The notes below the pieces were generated by a model. The model searched no databases and had not been told where the DNA came from. It saw nothing but the letters and a program-made list of their open reading frames with translations. Shown here piece by piece: positions 63,181 to 64,000 of a stretch of 64,000 nt of DNA (the first letter of the stretch is position 1; each line of letters opens with the position of its first letter). Source of the DNA: Camelus dromedarius (lineage: Eukaryota); assembly GCF_036321535.1 (NCBI RefSeq), contig NC_087438.1, positions 5,954,001-6,018,000 on the forward strand, given 5' to 3'. Made by a program: the position numbers and the translations under genes.

Positions 63181-64000
63181 AATCAATAGATTTTTACTCA
63201 TTTATTACACATATCTTTTATGAAGAGTTTTTATGTAGACATGTGTTTATGTGAACACTAGTTTTTTTTTTTTGACAGATAAGTATATAGTACATGGGAA
63301 GTACATTAGGATCCAATATATTCAAGTTGCTGTTCATGTGGAAAGGATAATAAAATTAAGATGCTGATGAAAGGGACAAAAAATAAGGCTGCCCATGGAC
63401 TGATGGATGACAGTGTATCCCAGACTGGGAAATATAATTGATGGCATAAATTCAGTTCTATACCAATGAGAAGAAGCAGATTACAATATACGAATCTAAA
63501 AATCTAACAGTGTGGAATGACTCAAGTGCCTGAATATGTGGAGGGGAGTATACATGCAAGTAAGTATAAAATGAAGCTGCTATAAGTCATGCAGCAAGGT
63601 TGAATTTATGAGAAGTCAAAATTGTACTCTAAATAAAAACGTCACATTTTAGATGTTAAGTGGTAGCAGTAATACACTTGAAGGCAAGTACACATGTAAG
63701 ATTTCACCTCATTTAGATGAGGGAAAATCCAGCAATATTTGTGACATTTGTAGCAATTAGTAACTTCAAGTTAAAAAATGAGTAAAATGAAGAAATCTAA
63801 TTTACATGTGGTGTATTTGATGTGATTAATTTATGACAACATTTTCATTTATTACCAAAGGCAGATGCTTTCTTCAATCCAGGACAGTTCTTGTCGGCAT
63901 CTCGAATGACCTCCATGTTGTCACGCCCAATGGTTACCTCCCTGTTCTCGTCTTACTCAGTTTTCACACAGCAGATCTTTCTTGAAATAACACCTTCCCC

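Noticed and set aside
1..64000. A novel protein-based system, horizontally transferred or viral gene, tRNA/rRNA/snRNA or processed pseudogene; also a specific locus name
   Set aside because: I recognised no long ORF, codon-like segment, polyA+TSD retrocopy or structural RNA motif. I could not match the unique sequence to a named gene from memory, so none is assigned.

Overview
This is mammalian non-coding genomic DNA, intergenic or deep-intronic, with no Ns. I found no recognisable protein-coding gene, RNA gene or CRISPR/prokaryotic feature; the ORF track is explained by chance ORFs, GC-rich islands and L1 ORF2 remnants. Much of the window is transposon-derived: old L1M/L2/MIR, about 11 MaLR/ERVL solo LTRs (MLT1/MLT2), ERV1-type LTRs, MER47/Tigger5, MER20, a Blackjack-type MITE, and a younger cetartiodactyl-type L1. 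The L1 3' end type, plus no visible Alu, B1/B2, Bov-tA/BovB, PRE-1, CHR, Can-SINE or ERE, suggests a camelid (inference). The unique DNA holds two orphan CpG islands (~6.3-7.0 kb, ~42.9-43.2 kb), several motif-dense enhancer-like blocks and a few exon-like segments, as expected near a developmental regulator or lncRNA; I could not identify the locus. The best-supported unusual structure is a complex L1 insertion at 35.25-35.48 kb: between 18-bp TSDs it carries an inverted 81-bp copy of DNA lying ~230 bp downstream plus a flipped L1 fragment. Several ultra-short L1 tails also stop at or near a palindrome in the L1 3'UTR. I see no evidence for a novel protein-based system. Repeat family names come from recalled consensus sequences, and boundaries are approximate unless TSDs are given.
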